From Candidatus Nanoarchaeia archaeon (GTDB lineage Archaea; Nanobdellota; Nanobdellia; SCGC-AAA011-G17; JAFCDX01): DNA of 64,000 nt. Of this stretch, positions 28,881 to 38,539 are shown one piece after another. The stretch is taken from positions 74,430-138,429 of the forward strand of contig JBAZJB010000001.1 in assembly GCA_041651575.1 (NCBI GenBank). Reading direction: 5' to 3'. The stretch's first letter is position 1. Every line of letters starts with the position of its first letter. Position numbers and translations under genes: made by a program. The notes under the pieces were generated by a model. The model was not told the origin of the DNA. It did not search any database and worked only from the letters and a program-made list of their open reading frames with translations.

Positions 28881-30899
28881 ATGAAAAGAGGAGTATTAAT
28901 TATATTTTCTTTGTTGTTTATTTTGTTGAGTGTTAATTGTTTTGCATTTACTATTTCCGGGCATACTCTTTATAATGGTGACCCTTTTTCTGGGGTTAAA
29001 GTTAATATTAGTTGCCCTCCTTATTATTATGAAACTGATTCTGATTATTTAGGAGATTATAGTATTACTGACAATATAGCGTGTCCTAGTTATTATTTAA
29101 TTATCGCAGAAATTATTGATGAAGATCCTACTGATTCTGAAGGCACTTCACTTTATACGGCTAAGAAGATGAGTTATCCTGGAAGTAATCCTGTTAGTCT
29201 TGATTTAATTATGTGGATTGATATAGATAATGATCATTATACAATTTTAGGTTATTGTGCTTCTCCTTTATGTACTTGTCCTGGAGATCCAAGATGTAGA
29301 ATGGATTGTGTTGATACTCTAACTAATGATCCTGCAGGTTGTCCAACTTTAGTAAGTGGTTGTACATCAGCAACTTCAGCTTGTGCAATTTGTATAAATC
29401 CTGGCGCAACAGAAATTTGTGATGGAAAAGATAATAATTGTGATAATTCTATTGATGAAGGAGGAGTATGTCCTACAATAACTTATTATTGTAATACTGA
29501 TAATGATGGTTATTTTAGTTCAACCGCTTTAACTTGTAATACTTATAATTGTAAACCTACTTCTTGTCAACTTACTGCAGGAAATGATTGTGATGATACC
29601 AAATCAGATGATCCTACGGGTTGTCCTGCTATTAAAACCTCTTGTATTACTTCTACTTCAAAATGTGCTATTTGTATAAATTCTGGAGCAACAGAAGTTT
29701 GTGATGGAAAAGATAATGATTGTATCAATGGAATTGATGAAAATGTAAATTGTGGTACAACTTTATGTACGGCAGCAAACACAATAGGTTCATGTTCAAA
29801 TATTTGTGCAGGTATATCTGGTTGTTCAACTTGTATTCCTATATGTACTTGTCAAACTGGATTTTGTGATCAAGATAATAATATGGCAAATGGTTGTGAA
29901 ATATCAACAACAGAAATTTGTAATAGTATAGATGATGATTGTGATAATTCTATTGATGAAGATTTAACAAGGTATACCTATTATCAAGATTCTGATGGAG
30001 ATGGATATGGAAACTCTTTAGTTAATGTAACTACATGTGATTCTACTCCTCCAACAGGTTATGTAACGAATGATGATGATTGTGATGATACTAATCTTAA
30101 TAAAAATCCTGGGGCAGTAGAAATATGTGAAAATGGAATAGATGAAGATTGTAGTGGTTTTGATAAAACTCCTTGCGATTGTAATGACATTTCTAATTCT
30201 GAAGCATGTTTAAATAATAATGATTGTTACTGGGATTTTAGTGCTAATAGTTGTTTTGATTGTGCTCTTCCGCCTCTTTGCGCAGTATTTGGTTTAGATG
30301 AAAATTATTGTGAATCTAGAAGATGTGGATTACCTGTATGTGTATGGGATGATACTATTAATCCAAATGAATGTAAACAAGATGGAAATTGTGGAGAACA
30401 TGGTGGAGATTATGATAGTGATGGAATTTGTGATGATGCAGATAATTGTGTAGATATTTATAATCCAAGTCAAAATAATGAAGTATGTATGTGTTCGCAA
30501 GTTACAAATCAACCAAATACTCTTTGTGAAGATATTTTTGGAATAGGAACAATTTGTGATGAAGAATGTATTGGAGGTTGTTTTATTACTTCATCAGATT
30601 CTGCAACAGGAAAATGTTGTGTTTATGGAAGATGCGGTATTTCTAGTTATACTTTATCAGGAACTAGTTCATATGAATTAAGAAATAGCGAATGTATAAA
30701 TGCAAATGAAGAAGGAATAGGAACAAGATGGGTTGTTAAATTTAATCCCGCTACAGGAAATCAAATCGGAGAATCTTACCAAGAACCTTGTGCAATTCTT
30801 CCAAAACAAAAACAAGTTCCTTTTTTCAGTTTAATTTCAGCAATGTCAATAGTATTTATTCTAACTTTATTCTATGTATTTAAAAGAAAATCATTTTAA
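28881..30899 (+). CDS. Cell-surface Cys-rich protein with multiple MopE-like putative metal-binding repeats and C-terminal TM anchor
   Basis: Signal peptide. 'CINPGATEICDGKDNNCDNSIDEGGVC', 'CINSGATEVCDGKDNDCINGIDEN', 'CNSIDDDCDNSIDED', 'PGAVEICENGIDEDCSG'. C-terminal hydrophobic helix. Confidence 0.6.
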   Translation: MKRGVLIIFSLLFILLSVNCFAFTISGHTLYNGDPFSGVKVNISCPPYYYETDSDYLGDYSITDNIACPSYYLIIAEIIDEDPTDSEGTSLYTAKKMSYPGSNPVSLDLIMWIDIDNDHYTILGYCASPLCTCPGDPRCRMDCVDTLTNDPAGCPTLVSGCTSATSACAICINPGATEICDGKDNNCDNSIDEGGVCPTITYYCNTDNDGYFSSTALTCNTYNCKPTSCQLTAGNDCDDTKSDDPTGCPAIKTSCITSTSKCAICINSGATEVCDGKDNDCINGIDENVNCGTTLCTAANTIGSCSNICAGISGCSTCIPICTCQTGFCDQDNNMANGCEISTTEICNSIDDDCDNSIDEDLTRYTYYQDSDGDGYGNSLVNVTTCDSTPPTGYVTNDDDCDDTNLNKNPGAVEICENGIDEDCSGFDKTPCDCNDISNSEACLNNNDCYWDFSANSCFDCALPPLCAVFGLDENYCESRRCGLPVCVWDDTINPNECKQDGNCGEHGGDYDSDGICDDADNCVDIYNPSQNNEVCMCSQVTNQPNTLCEDIFGIGTICDEECIGGCFITSSDSATGKCCVYGRCGISSYTLSGTSSYELRNSECINANEEGIGTRWVVKFNPATGNQIGESYQEPCAILPKQKQVPFFSLISAMSIVFILTLFYVFKRKSF

Positions 30900-33461
30900 G
30901 AATTTTTTAATTTCTGCAAATACAAAAACACTTGAAGATATTAATAAAATATATATCCAATCTATTAATTTTAAGCTTACAATTCCAAATAAGCTTGTAC
31001 CAAAGTAAATTACAATTATTTGTAATAATATAGAAATTCCTAAAGCATATAATAATTTTTTATTCGTAAATAATCCAACTTTAAATACAGAACTTTCGCT
31101 TCTTGAATTAACTGCATTAAACATTTGAAACATCATTAAGGTAGAAAAAGCCATTGTTCTAGCATATTCTAAAGTATAATAGAAATTATACAATTTAAAT
31201 ATAAATAATGTTCCTATTGCCATTAATATCGCAATCAAACCCATATGTATTATATTGGATTTATTAAGAATACTTTCTTTTTTCTTTCTTGGAGCTTTAG
31301 ACATAATATCTCTTTCAATAGGCTCTAATCCTAAAGCTAGAGCAGGTAAACCATCTGTAATTAGATTTATCCATAATATTTGGATAGGTAATAACATTAG
31401 AGGCAATCCAATTATAGTTGCAATAAATATAGTAAATATTTCTCCTAAATTACAAGATAATAAATAAGTAATAAACTTTTTAATATTAGAATATATTCCC
31501 CGTCCTTCTTTTACAGCAGCAACAATAGAAGCAAAATTATTATCTAATAATATCATATCTGATTCTTGTTTAGCAATATCTGTTCCACGTTCAACTGCAA
31601 TTCCTATGTCTGCTGCTTTTAATGCAGGAGCATCATTTACTCCATCTCCTGTCATTGCAACAATATGATCTTTTTCTTGTAAAGCTTCTATGATTCTTAA
31701 TTTGTGTTTTGGAGTTACTCTAGCATATACAGAAATGTCATCTACTAAACTTTTAAAATCTTTTTTAGATAGTTTATTTAATTGTTCTCCTGTAATTACT
31801 TTTCCTTTAATTCCAACTTGTTGTGCTATTGCTTTTGCAGTTTCTTTATGGTCTCCAGTAATCATAATAACTTTAATTCCTGCTCTTTCACACAAATCTA
31901 TTGCATCTTTAACTTCTGGTCTTGGAGGGTCTATCATCCCCATCAATCCAACAAAAACTAAATTTTCTGGTTTATCTGTTTTTGAATAAGCAAAAGCAAG
32001 AACTCTTAATGCTTTACTTCCCATATTATTTAAAGTTTTTAATATTTCTTCACGTTCTTCTTTTCCAAACCATTTTGTTCTTCCATTAATATAATAATAT
32101 GAACAAAATTCCATTATTTTTTCTGGAGCTCCTTTAAAATAATATACTTCTCTATCTTTTATTTTATGAGAAGTTGCCATGAATTGTTTTTCATTAGCAA
32201 AAGGTATTTCTTTTATTCTTGGATAAGGTTTTATGTTTAAATTAGATTTTGCTACAACATTTAATAAGGCTAATTCAGTAGGATCTCCGGATTTGTATTC
32301 TAAATCTGCATTATTACATAAATAAGCAACTTGCATTAATGGTTGTAATTCTTCTGTGTCTATTTTTCTATTGTTATAAATAAAATCTCCTTTAATATCA
32401 TAACCTTCTCCTGTAACTTTAATTAATTTATCATTAACAAATATTTCTTTAACGGTCATTTCATTTTTAGTTATAGTTCCTGTTTTATCTGTGGCAATTA
32501 CTGTTGTAGAACCTAAAGTTTCAACAGCATTTAATTTTCTAATTAAACTATTCCTTTTTAGCATTCTTTGCAATCCTAAAGCTAAAGTAATTGTTATTAT
32601 TGCAGGTAATCCTTCTGGAATTGCAGCAACAGCCAAACTCGTAGAAACTAAAAATGTATCAATTAAATTTCTATTGATATAATAACCTATACAAAAAGTG
32701 ATTAGACAAATTAATACAATTGCAATTGAAATAAAAGTTCCTAATTTTTTAATGTTTGTTTGCAAAGGAGTTTCTGTTTCTTTTATTGTTTTTAAAGAAT
32801 AAGCTATTTTTCCAATTTCAGTTTGTATTCCTGTTTCAACAACTACAGCTTTTGCATGCCCATATACACAAGTTGTAGAAGAAAAAATCATATTTTTTTG
32901 ATCACTTACAACAATATCAGAATGTAACTTATCTATAATTTTTTCTACAGGTAAAGATTCTCCTGTTAAAATGCTTTCATCTAATTTTAAATTAATTGCT
33001 TCAATTAAACGAGCATCAGCAGGAATATTGCTTCCTTGTTCAATTAAAATAATATCTCCTGGAACCAATTCATCAGAATTTATTGTTTTTTTAATTCCAT
33101 CTCTTATTACATTTGCTTTGAAAGCTGCTAATTTTTTTAATGCTTTTAATGCTTTTTCAGCTTTGTATTCTTGTACAAAACCAAGTATAGAATTTAATAA
33201 TAATATAATTAGTATTAATACAAAATCACTAAATCTACCAATAAATAAAGAAATTAATGCTACAATTAATAAAATTATAACTAAAATATTTGTAAATTGT
33301 GATAAAAATATTTTTATTGGTCCTTTTGATTCTTTAGCTTTTATAGAATTTGGGCCATACTTTGCTAGCCTATCAGATGCTTCTTTTTCGGATAATCCTT
33401 TAGTTAAATCTGTGTTTAGAATACCCAACACTTCTTTTGTGCTTTTATCATAAAAAGGCAT
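30891..33461 (-). CDS. P-type cation-transporting ATPase (type IIA/IIB Ca2+-ATPase-like)
   Basis: 'DKTGTIT' phosphorylation motif, 'TGDGVNDAPAL', 'MITGD'. 10-TM architecture. Confidence 0.8.
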   Translation of the reverse strand: MPFYDKSTKEVLGILNTDLTKGLSEKEASDRLAKYGPNSIKAKESKGPIKIFLSQFTNILVIILLIVALISLFIGRFSDFVLILIILLLNSILGFVQEYKAEKALKALKKLAAFKANVIRDGIKKTINSDELVPGDIILIEQGSNIPADARLIEAINLKLDESILTGESLPVEKIIDKLHSDIVVSDQKNMIFSSTTCVYGHAKAVVVETGIQTEIGKIAYSLKTIKETETPLQTNIKKLGTFISIAIVLICLITFCIGYYINRNLIDTFLVSTSLAVAAIPEGLPAIITITLALGLQRMLKRNSLIRKLNAVETLGSTTVIATDKTGTITKNEMTVKEIFVNDKLIKVTGEGYDIKGDFIYNNRKIDTEELQPLMQVAYLCNNADLEYKSGDPTELALLNVVAKSNLNIKPYPRIKEIPFANEKQFMATSHKIKDREVYYFKGAPEKIMEFCSYYYINGRTKWFGKEEREEILKTLNNMGSKALRVLAFAYSKTDKPENLVFVGLMGMIDPPRPEVKDAIDLCERAGIKVIMITGDHKETAKAIAQQVGIKGKVITGEQLNKLSKKDFKSLVDDISVYARVTPKHKLRIIEALQEKDHIVAMTGDGVNDAPALKAADIGIAVERGTDIAKQESDMILLDNNFASIVAAVKEGRGIYSNIKKFITYLLSCNLGEIFTIFIATIIGLPLMLLPIQILWINLITDGLPALALGLEPIERDIMSKAPRKKKESILNKSNIIHMGLIAILMAIGTLFIFKLYNFYYTLEYARTMAFSTLMMFQMFNAVNSRSESSVFKVGLFTNKKLLYALGISILLQIIVIYFGTSLFGIVSLKLIDWIYILLISSSVFVFAEIKKFLK

Positions 33462-33500
33462 GTCCTATTATAATATATTACAATTTAAGAATTTTACTTT

Positions 33501-34391
33501 TTAAGCTCTAAATTTATCTTTTCTTCTTTTTTCTTTAATACGTTTAAATACTGTATAAGCAGCTTGTCCGCCAGGTATAAAGCTAGATAAAGCCTCTCCA
33601 CCTATTTCTAATATTTCAGATTCTGCAAAAGAAGTTTCTGTTTTTTTGTTTTCTAATTTACTTGAATAAGTTACTTCTTCTGTTAATCCATCTACAAAAA
33701 TAAATCTTTTTCCTCCTTGAGGATAAGCAATACATTCAAAAATATAGATAGGATGGAAATATAATATTAATTTTTCTACAGAAATTTCTTCATTTAATAC
33801 TTTATCTGCATCTACAGGATGCATTATAGCTTGTAAAATACTTCTTACTATGAATTCTGCTTTAGTTTCTATAGCATAAACTTGTGTACTTTCATTAACG
33901 ATTAAATCTTCAATTTCTTTTATCCTTCTGGTTTCAAAATTCAAATATTTTTCAAATTTAGTATTATTTTTTAGGTCTTCTGGTTTTTTATGTTCTATTG
34001 TAGCATCTATTAACAAATCTCTTTCTTTTTTTACTTCACATATATCTGTTCCATTAATGACTAAAGATTTTCTTTTTTCTCCTTTTTCTGCATCAAATCT
34101 TTCTTTATCAATAACAAAACTTTTAACTTCTTTATCCACATCTACCCTATATTTATTTTTTCTTTCATATTCTATATACGAGAATGCATTAATATGCCAG
34201 AATGGATAATATCTTTTTAACATACCAACAACTTTAATCTCTTCTTGTCTACCAAATTTTCTAGCAATACCATGGAACATACCAAAGGCTTTTTCTTTAT
34301 TTTGTTCGGCTAATTCTTTAGCTCTAGCTAAGTTGATTTTATCCAAAAAAAACCTTATTTCTTGCTTTTTATGTTTTACAGATGGTTGCAT
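33501..34391 (-). CDS. Hypothetical protein
   Basis: ORF only. No motif recognised. Confidence 0.3.
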   Translation of the reverse strand: MQPSVKHKKQEIRFFLDKINLARAKELAEQNKEKAFGMFHGIARKFGRQEEIKVVGMLKRYYPFWHINAFSYIEYERKNKYRVDVDKEVKSFVIDKERFDAEKGEKRKSLVINGTDICEVKKERDLLIDATIEHKKPEDLKNNTKFEKYLNFETRRIKEIEDLIVNESTQVYAIETKAEFIVRSILQAIMHPVDADKVLNEEISVEKLILYFHPIYIFECIAYPQGGKRFIFVDGLTEEVTYSSKLENKKTETSFAESEILEIGGEALSSFIPGGQAAYTVFKRIKEKRRKDKFRA

Positions 34392-34517
34392 TTTATCTCT
34401 TTAAATGAATTTTAGTGTTTTTAAAATTTTCTAATTGCAAAATAGGGGTTTGTAACTCTAGAGCAATAATACAAAAACTTTATAAAATAAAGAATTCTTA
34501 AGAATAAAAAGAGGTGT

Positions 34518-35345
34518 TTGATGAAATATAAGAAAGTTAAGGTTTCTGAAGATAAATCTAAAGAAGAATATAAAATAGCTTATGATTTTGCTGTTAAAGC
34601 TTATAAACAATTTAAAGAGGTTATAAAGACAGTAATTCTTTTTAACCCTACAGATAATACTTTAAAAGAAATTAATATTATAATTATCGTTGATGATTGT
34701 ACAATAGATTGGGATCAAGAATTAATAGCCTGGTATAGGGAAGAATTAGGAAAATTAATTGCTAAACAAAAATATGCTACTAAAGTGCATGTAAATACAG
34801 TTACTTTGTCTGCGTTTTGGGAAGAAGTTCGCGTAGGAGAACCATTTATAATTAATGTTTTAAGATATGGACAAGCTATGCTTGATTTTGGTGGCTTTTT
34901 TGAACCATTAAAAGTTTTATTAGCAAAAGGAAAAATAAGACCAACTCCAGAGGCAGTTTATACTGCTTTACGTAGAGCTCCTGATAGTCTTTCAAAAGCT
35001 AGATATAATATGCTTGCTAGTGTAGAAGGATTGTATTGGAGTATGGTGGATTCAGCACATGCTGCATTAATGGCTTCAAATGAAATTCCTCCAAGTCCAG
35101 AACATATTCCAGATATGTTAAGTACTATTTTTGTAAAACAAGGAAAAATACATAAGAAATATGTCGAATGGTATCATGAACTTCAAGATCTAGCTAGAGG
35201 TATTTCACAGGGAAAAATAATTTCTGTAAAACCTGAAGAATTAAATGAACATTCTAAAAGAGCAGAAATCTTTGTAAGTACTATGTATAAAATAACAGAT
35301 AATTTGTTAAAAAGAGAAAAAATAGTTAAAATAGAAAAAAAATAA
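34518..35345 (+). CDS. Hypothetical protein (weak, degenerate nucleotidyltransferase-like N-terminus and helical C-terminal half)
   Basis: 'VILFNPTDNTLKEINIIIIVDD' loosely resembles an MNT core but lacks the GS and DxD motifs. Confidence 0.25.
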   Translation: MMKYKKVKVSEDKSKEEYKIAYDFAVKAYKQFKEVIKTVILFNPTDNTLKEINIIIIVDDCTIDWDQELIAWYREELGKLIAKQKYATKVHVNTVTLSAFWEEVRVGEPFIINVLRYGQAMLDFGGFFEPLKVLLAKGKIRPTPEAVYTALRRAPDSLSKARYNMLASVEGLYWSMVDSAHAALMASNEIPPSPEHIPDMLSTIFVKQGKIHKKYVEWYHELQDLARGISQGKIISVKPEELNEHSKRAEIFVSTMYKITDNLLKREKIVKIEKK

Positions 35346-35346
35346 A

Positions 35347-36171
35347 TTAATGTTGTGCTTGTGCTTTATACACATCTAAAAGAGGCACAGTTAATTTCTT
35401 TAAGTTTTCTTGTGAACCATAAACTTCTTGTATCAATTCTTTATTTAATTGATATTTTCCATCTTTACATTTCACAAATTTACTTCCTAAGTCTCTTTTA
35501 GCTAATGCTGTTTGATAAGCATGTAAATCATTGTAATTTAATCCTAAACTTAATGTATTATACTTTAAGTTATATTTTTTTTGTAAATGAGCATCCATTT
35601 CGCCAGGTATTTGGTCTTTTTCAAGGTTTTTTAAGTGATCTAAAACAGCTTCAGCTTCTACAACAGCTTTATCGGCTTTTTCACTTTTCTTATACTCATC
35701 TGAGATTTTTAATTCACTGAAATAGTCTCCAAATAACTGATAAATATCTTGTTCTATTTTTTCTGTAAGAGCTTGTTTTTCTTCTGGAGTTTTTCCTTTT
35801 TCTATTTCTTCTTTTCCTTTTTTTACTAAATCTTCTAAGTGACCTGCACTAATAGCAGTATAATCTTGTAATATTTTTGGTGCATATTTAGCTAAGAATG
35901 CATCTATTGATTCAGAATTTTCTTTTAAATAACCTTCTGCTTCTCCTTCTATACGTGCATCTGTAGCATTTATAAATAAATCAGGCATTTCTCCATTAGT
36001 TTTAAGTTTTGATAAAGTTTCAACAAAGTGTTTATCGGAGAATTTTTTCTTACCTTTTTTAACTTCATTCATATATTGTCCAATTTGATAATTGTTGTTA
36101 GTAAGAACTAGGCCATCTAAATATTCCCTGTTTTGATTTTGTGTTTCTGACATTTTGTTTTTTATCCTCAA
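35347..36171 (-). CDS. Hypothetical protein
   Basis: ORF only. Conserved promoter element directly upstream. Confidence 0.3.
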   Translation of the reverse strand: MRIKNKMSETQNQNREYLDGLVLTNNNYQIGQYMNEVKKGKKKFSDKHFVETLSKLKTNGEMPDLFINATDARIEGEAEGYLKENSESIDAFLAKYAPKILQDYTAISAGHLEDLVKKGKEEIEKGKTPEEKQALTEKIEQDIYQLFGDYFSELKISDEYKKSEKADKAVVEAEAVLDHLKNLEKDQIPGEMDAHLQKKYNLKYNTLSLGLNYNDLHAYQTALAKRDLGSKFVKCKDGKYQLNKELIQEVYGSQENLKKLTVPLLDVYKAQAQH

Positions 36172-36197
36172 ATTTTATATATTCTAGTAGTAGAACT

Positions 36198-36227
36198 TAT
36201 TTATAAACCTTTCGCTTTTGTAACTAC
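36198..36227 (-). promoter_or_regulatory. BRE/TATA promoter with conserved upstream element (GTAGTTACAAAAGCGAAAGGTTTATAAATAAG on minus strand)
   Basis: TATA at 36200-36207, about 30 nt upstream of the ATG at 36171. Copy of the 24679-24705 element. Confidence 0.45.
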
Positions 36228-36279
36228 CTGTAGGTAACAACTTATAACCTTTTTAAAAGGGTTTTAAAGGAGTATAAAC

Positions 36280-36415
36280 GCCGAGAGCAGGATTTGAACC
36301 TGCACATCCTTTCGGAAACCAGCTTTCTTGCACAACCTTTCCAGGTTCGCCTTACTTCGAGGTTCGCCTTACTCTATTAGTAATCTGGCGCAATACCAGG
36401 TTATGCGATCTCGGC
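36280..36415 (-). tRNA. Intron-containing type-II tRNA gene (probably tRNA-Ser; pre-tRNA 136 nt, intron position unresolved)
   Basis: Minus-strand 7-bp acceptor stem GCCGAGA/TCTCGGC. T-arm GCAGG-TTCAAAT-CCTGC. 3-bp D-stem with 11-nt D-loop (GCA-TAACCTGGTAT-TGC) as in type-II tRNAs. Variable-arm hairpin TCC-GAAA-GGA. Discriminator G. About 50 nt of extra internal sequence. Confidence 0.55.
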
Positions 36416-36456
36416 ATATAAATCTAAAGAAATAATTGCTTTTAAAATTATCTATT

Positions 36457-36894
36457 TCAGAATTTTTCCCATAAATACAATCTAAAAATTCTTGTTTCTG
36501 TTAAGTTAGACAACATAATACTTTTTGCATAAACATCTTTATTATTAGGTATGAAGTCATTTTTTATATCTGGATTACAATTTGTATTTTTTTGATTACA
36601 TACTGTAAAATTAAAATCAAGAGTAACAAACTTTTTTGTATTATCTTTTATAGTAGCATATAGGTTTATTCTATTTGGGTCTGTAGGATTAAATGGAACG
36701 TTTAATGGGGATTCTAATACATTTTTTCTTAAAGAACTATTCAATTCTATTATTTTTAAGGTATTTTTTTGAATAGAACTTAATGTATTTTCTTTTTGAC
36801 TTTCTTTTGGAGTTAATATAGTCATTATAAAAATGAAAGTAAGTAAGATTGCAATTACTGCTTCTACTGTCCTTATGTATGCTTTTTTATTCAT
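36457..36894 (-). CDS. Type IV pilin-like protein (class III signal peptide 'MNKKA|YIRTVEAVIAILL')
   Basis: KKA followed by a hydrophobic helix. Last gene of the pilus operon. Confidence 0.45.
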   Translation of the reverse strand: MNKKAYIRTVEAVIAILLTFIFIMTILTPKESQKENTLSSIQKNTLKIIELNSSLRKNVLESPLNVPFNPTDPNRINLYATIKDNTKKFVTLDFNFTVCNQKNTNCNPDIKNDFIPNNKDVYAKSIMLSNLTETRIFRLYLWEKF

Positions 36895-36895
36895 T

Positions 36896-37648
36896 TTACC
36901 ACGCCATTATTGTTATTGTTATAGACTCTAATTCTCCATTTTGTTTTAATATATAGTTTGGTATTTGTCTTACAAATACATCTGCGCTTGCAGGAGGAAT
37001 CAAATTTTGTGGGAATTTATTTTCTCCTATTTGAATACTAAATTCTTTATTTGGTGGGAAATTCCATTCTGTTTTTAAATCTTCATAATTCTTTCCAAAT
37101 AATGAATTAATTTTATCTCCACAATTTCCATCATCACATATTCCTTTAATTGTTTCAGCAATTCCATACTGATAATTTGTTATAGGAACAATACAATTAC
37201 CACTAGAACCTCCTCCAGCAATATTGAAATCTAGAGAATTAAATATAAAAAGTTCATCGTTTGTTGCAGGTAAATTTCCATTTATTAAATAAGAAGCTAT
37301 ATTAAAATTTAAATAATCTCCACTAATTGAAGAAGCTAAAATAATACTTTTGGTTTTACTATAAACTTTTGTGTTTTTATCTAGCCATTCAAATGGAAAT
37401 GTTAATTTTGCTGCAACTGGATCTCCACTACATTGCCCCCCATCTAATTTAACATTCAAAGGAACTTTGGTAATTTCCCAATTAATGTCTTTCATTAAAC
37501 CATCTTGAACTAAATCTAATAAAACAGATCCTTTATACAATGGATCAATTCCAGGTTTTAACATTACTATAACGAATAGAGTATATACCATAAATAAACC
37601 TATTGCAAGCATCCAATCTAAATGATGACCTATTGCTTTTTTATTCAT
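36896..37648 (-). CDS. Type IV pilin-like protein (start at internal Met giving 'MNKKA|IGHHLDWMLAIGLFMV')
   Basis: The internal ATG forms an ATGA overlap with the stop of the upstream gene at 37645-37647. Confidence 0.45.
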   Translation of the reverse strand: MNKKAIGHHLDWMLAIGLFMVYTLFVIVMLKPGIDPLYKGSVLLDLVQDGLMKDINWEITKVPLNVKLDGGQCSGDPVAAKLTFPFEWLDKNTKVYSKTKSIILASSISGDYLNFNIASYLINGNLPATNDELFIFNSLDFNIAGGGSSGNCIVPITNYQYGIAETIKGICDDGNCGDKINSLFGKNYEDLKTEWNFPPNKEFSIQIGENKFPQNLIPPASADVFVRQIPNYILKQNGELESITITIMAW

Positions 37649-38538
37649 ATAACACCTACTGCTATTGCTGGAGTCCATGATACTGTTGAAATAATCAAAT
37701 ATCCAACAATTACAAATATTAAACTATGTTTTACTCCATATTTTAATTCCCCTTCTGAAAATTTTCCAATTAATAATCCCGCAAATAATCCTTGTATTAA
37801 TACCATCCAAGTAAAGGTATTTGCCATAATTTTTTCATCTAATTTTGCAGTTGAACTACTTCCTAAGGAAATTCCAGGAACTCCGGAAATAGGAGAGCCA
37901 CCCATACTTAATTCTTCTCCACCTAAATTACTTATTTTTGGCATAAGATAAACTTGCATCATTAACATTATTGCAATAAATATAAAAAAGATAATGTATC
38001 CTTGTACAACTTGTGAATATACAGAAGATTTTCTTTCTTCTTTTATTTTCTTAATAGAATATACTGAATTGCTTACTGCTTGTAACACCTCTGCCATATT
38101 ACCACCTGATTTTTCTGCTTCTGTAACTATAGAAATAGATTTATTTATAACTTTATTCCTTGCATCGTTTGCAAATACTTCTAGAACATCATCTAAAGGA
38201 AAACCCCATTCTATTTGTGCAGCCATTTTTTTAACATGAGGAGTTAAAGCACCATAATCTTCTGTTGAAATTTGTATAATTGCTTTTGGAATAGGAATAC
38301 CAGATTTTACTGTTTCTACTAAGGCTCTTACAAATTCTAAGAATTTTGTTTCTATTTCTTGTTGTCTTTTGTTTTCAGCTAAAAAATCTAGGAAGAATTG
38401 TATGCCCATTACAACGAATCCAATAATTATTACAGGTTTAAACCATCTTTCATTTAAAAAATAGATAAAATTAATTATAAGAATCAATATTCCTATTATT
38501 ATAAATAAAATATGTTTTGATTGAAGTTTTATTTCCAT
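37645..38538 (-). CDS. TadC/FlaJ-like pilus platform membrane protein (half-size)
   Basis: T2SS-F-like domain with cytoplasmic helical region and 3-4 TM segments. Follows the ATPase gene. Confidence 0.5.
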   Translation of the reverse strand: MEIKLQSKHILFIIIGILILIINFIYFLNERWFKPVIIIGFVVMGIQFFLDFLAENKRQQEIETKFLEFVRALVETVKSGIPIPKAIIQISTEDYGALTPHVKKMAAQIEWGFPLDDVLEVFANDARNKVINKSISIVTEAEKSGGNMAEVLQAVSNSVYSIKKIKEERKSSVYSQVVQGYIIFFIFIAIMLMMQVYLMPKISNLGGEELSMGGSPISGVPGISLGSSSTAKLDEKIMANTFTWMVLIQGLFAGLLIGKFSEGELKYGVKHSLIFVIVGYLIISTVSWTPAIAVGVI

Positions 38539-38539
38539 T

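Noticed and set aside
36172-36279. Possible antisense promoter driving transcription into the tRNA at 36280-36415
   Set aside because: The same sequence is the U-rich terminator region downstream of the minus-strand tRNA. The palindromic TTTATAAA box serves the minus-strand gene at 36171. Antisense initiation is possible but unsupported without transcript data, and it is mentioned only within the promoter-module finding.
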